Shown here piece after piece: positions 22,100 through 22,352 of a stretch of 22,352 bases of DNA (position 1 is the first letter of the stretch; every line of letters starts with the position of its first letter). The stretch spans positions 1,924,001 to 1,946,352 of the forward strand of contig MU058153.1 of NCBI GenBank assembly GCA_013265495.1, in the 5' to 3' direction. The position numbers and the translations under genes were made by a program. The notes under the pieces were generated by a model, which made no database searches, was not told where the DNA came from, and saw only the letters and a list, made by a program, of their open reading frames with translations. Source of the DNA: Vicugna vicugna (taxonomy: Eukaryota).

Positions 22100-22352
22100 G
22101 AGGATTCCCTGTGCCTCTCTTCAGCCAATTCCTTGCCAATGCCTTTACTTTCCTTTTCTTGTTTTCTTTTCGATATACCCACCTCAACAGAATTCAATCC
22201 TTAATCAATCTACTTCTCATCTTCCACTTCATATTCTATTCTAATGCCATCAGATTAAAGTAAAGCAGACTCAGATGTCTCACATCCTTAAAAAAAAGTC
22301 TTTTTTTCCTGAACTCTCTCTAGTGACTACCTTAACTTTGCCCCTTTTTTTT
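22100..22352 (+). mobile_element. L2 fragment (early RT region)
   Basis: 'gactcagatgtctcacatccttaaaaaaa...gactacc' resembles the L2 'VSPILKK...YRPISL' region. Confidence 0.5.

Overview
This is AT-rich placental-mammal non-coding DNA (intronic or intergenic). I recognise no protein-coding gene, RNA gene or CRISPR array, and the ORF-track entries are either L1 ORF2 remnants or chance ORFs. The dominant feature is a ~3.0 kb 5'-truncated, inactive LINE-1 (7151-10176, +). It has a cetartiodactyl-type 3' UTR, a degenerate 16-bp target-site duplication and an unusual 123-nt internal A-rich tract. Around it are many old repeats: L2, MIR, L1M/L1ME, two MaLR (MLT1) LTRs, an ERV1 MER90-like LTR, a hAT-Charlie MER and possible Tigger ends. 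Repeat family names come from my recollection of consensus sequences, not from a search, and old-repeat boundaries are approximate. The best leads are in unique DNA: (1) a textbook regulated 3' splice site at 12381-12460 (TGCATG, TACTAAC, long pyrimidine tract, CAG) with a candidate exon; (2) a small CpG-retaining, TATA-preceded island at 15635-15865 next to a 30-bp homeodomain-site palindrome; (3) an 81-nt non-coding exon candidate at 21796-21876; (4) an X-box/CRE/GC-box cluster at 3504-3567. I found no convincing evidence of a novel biological system.
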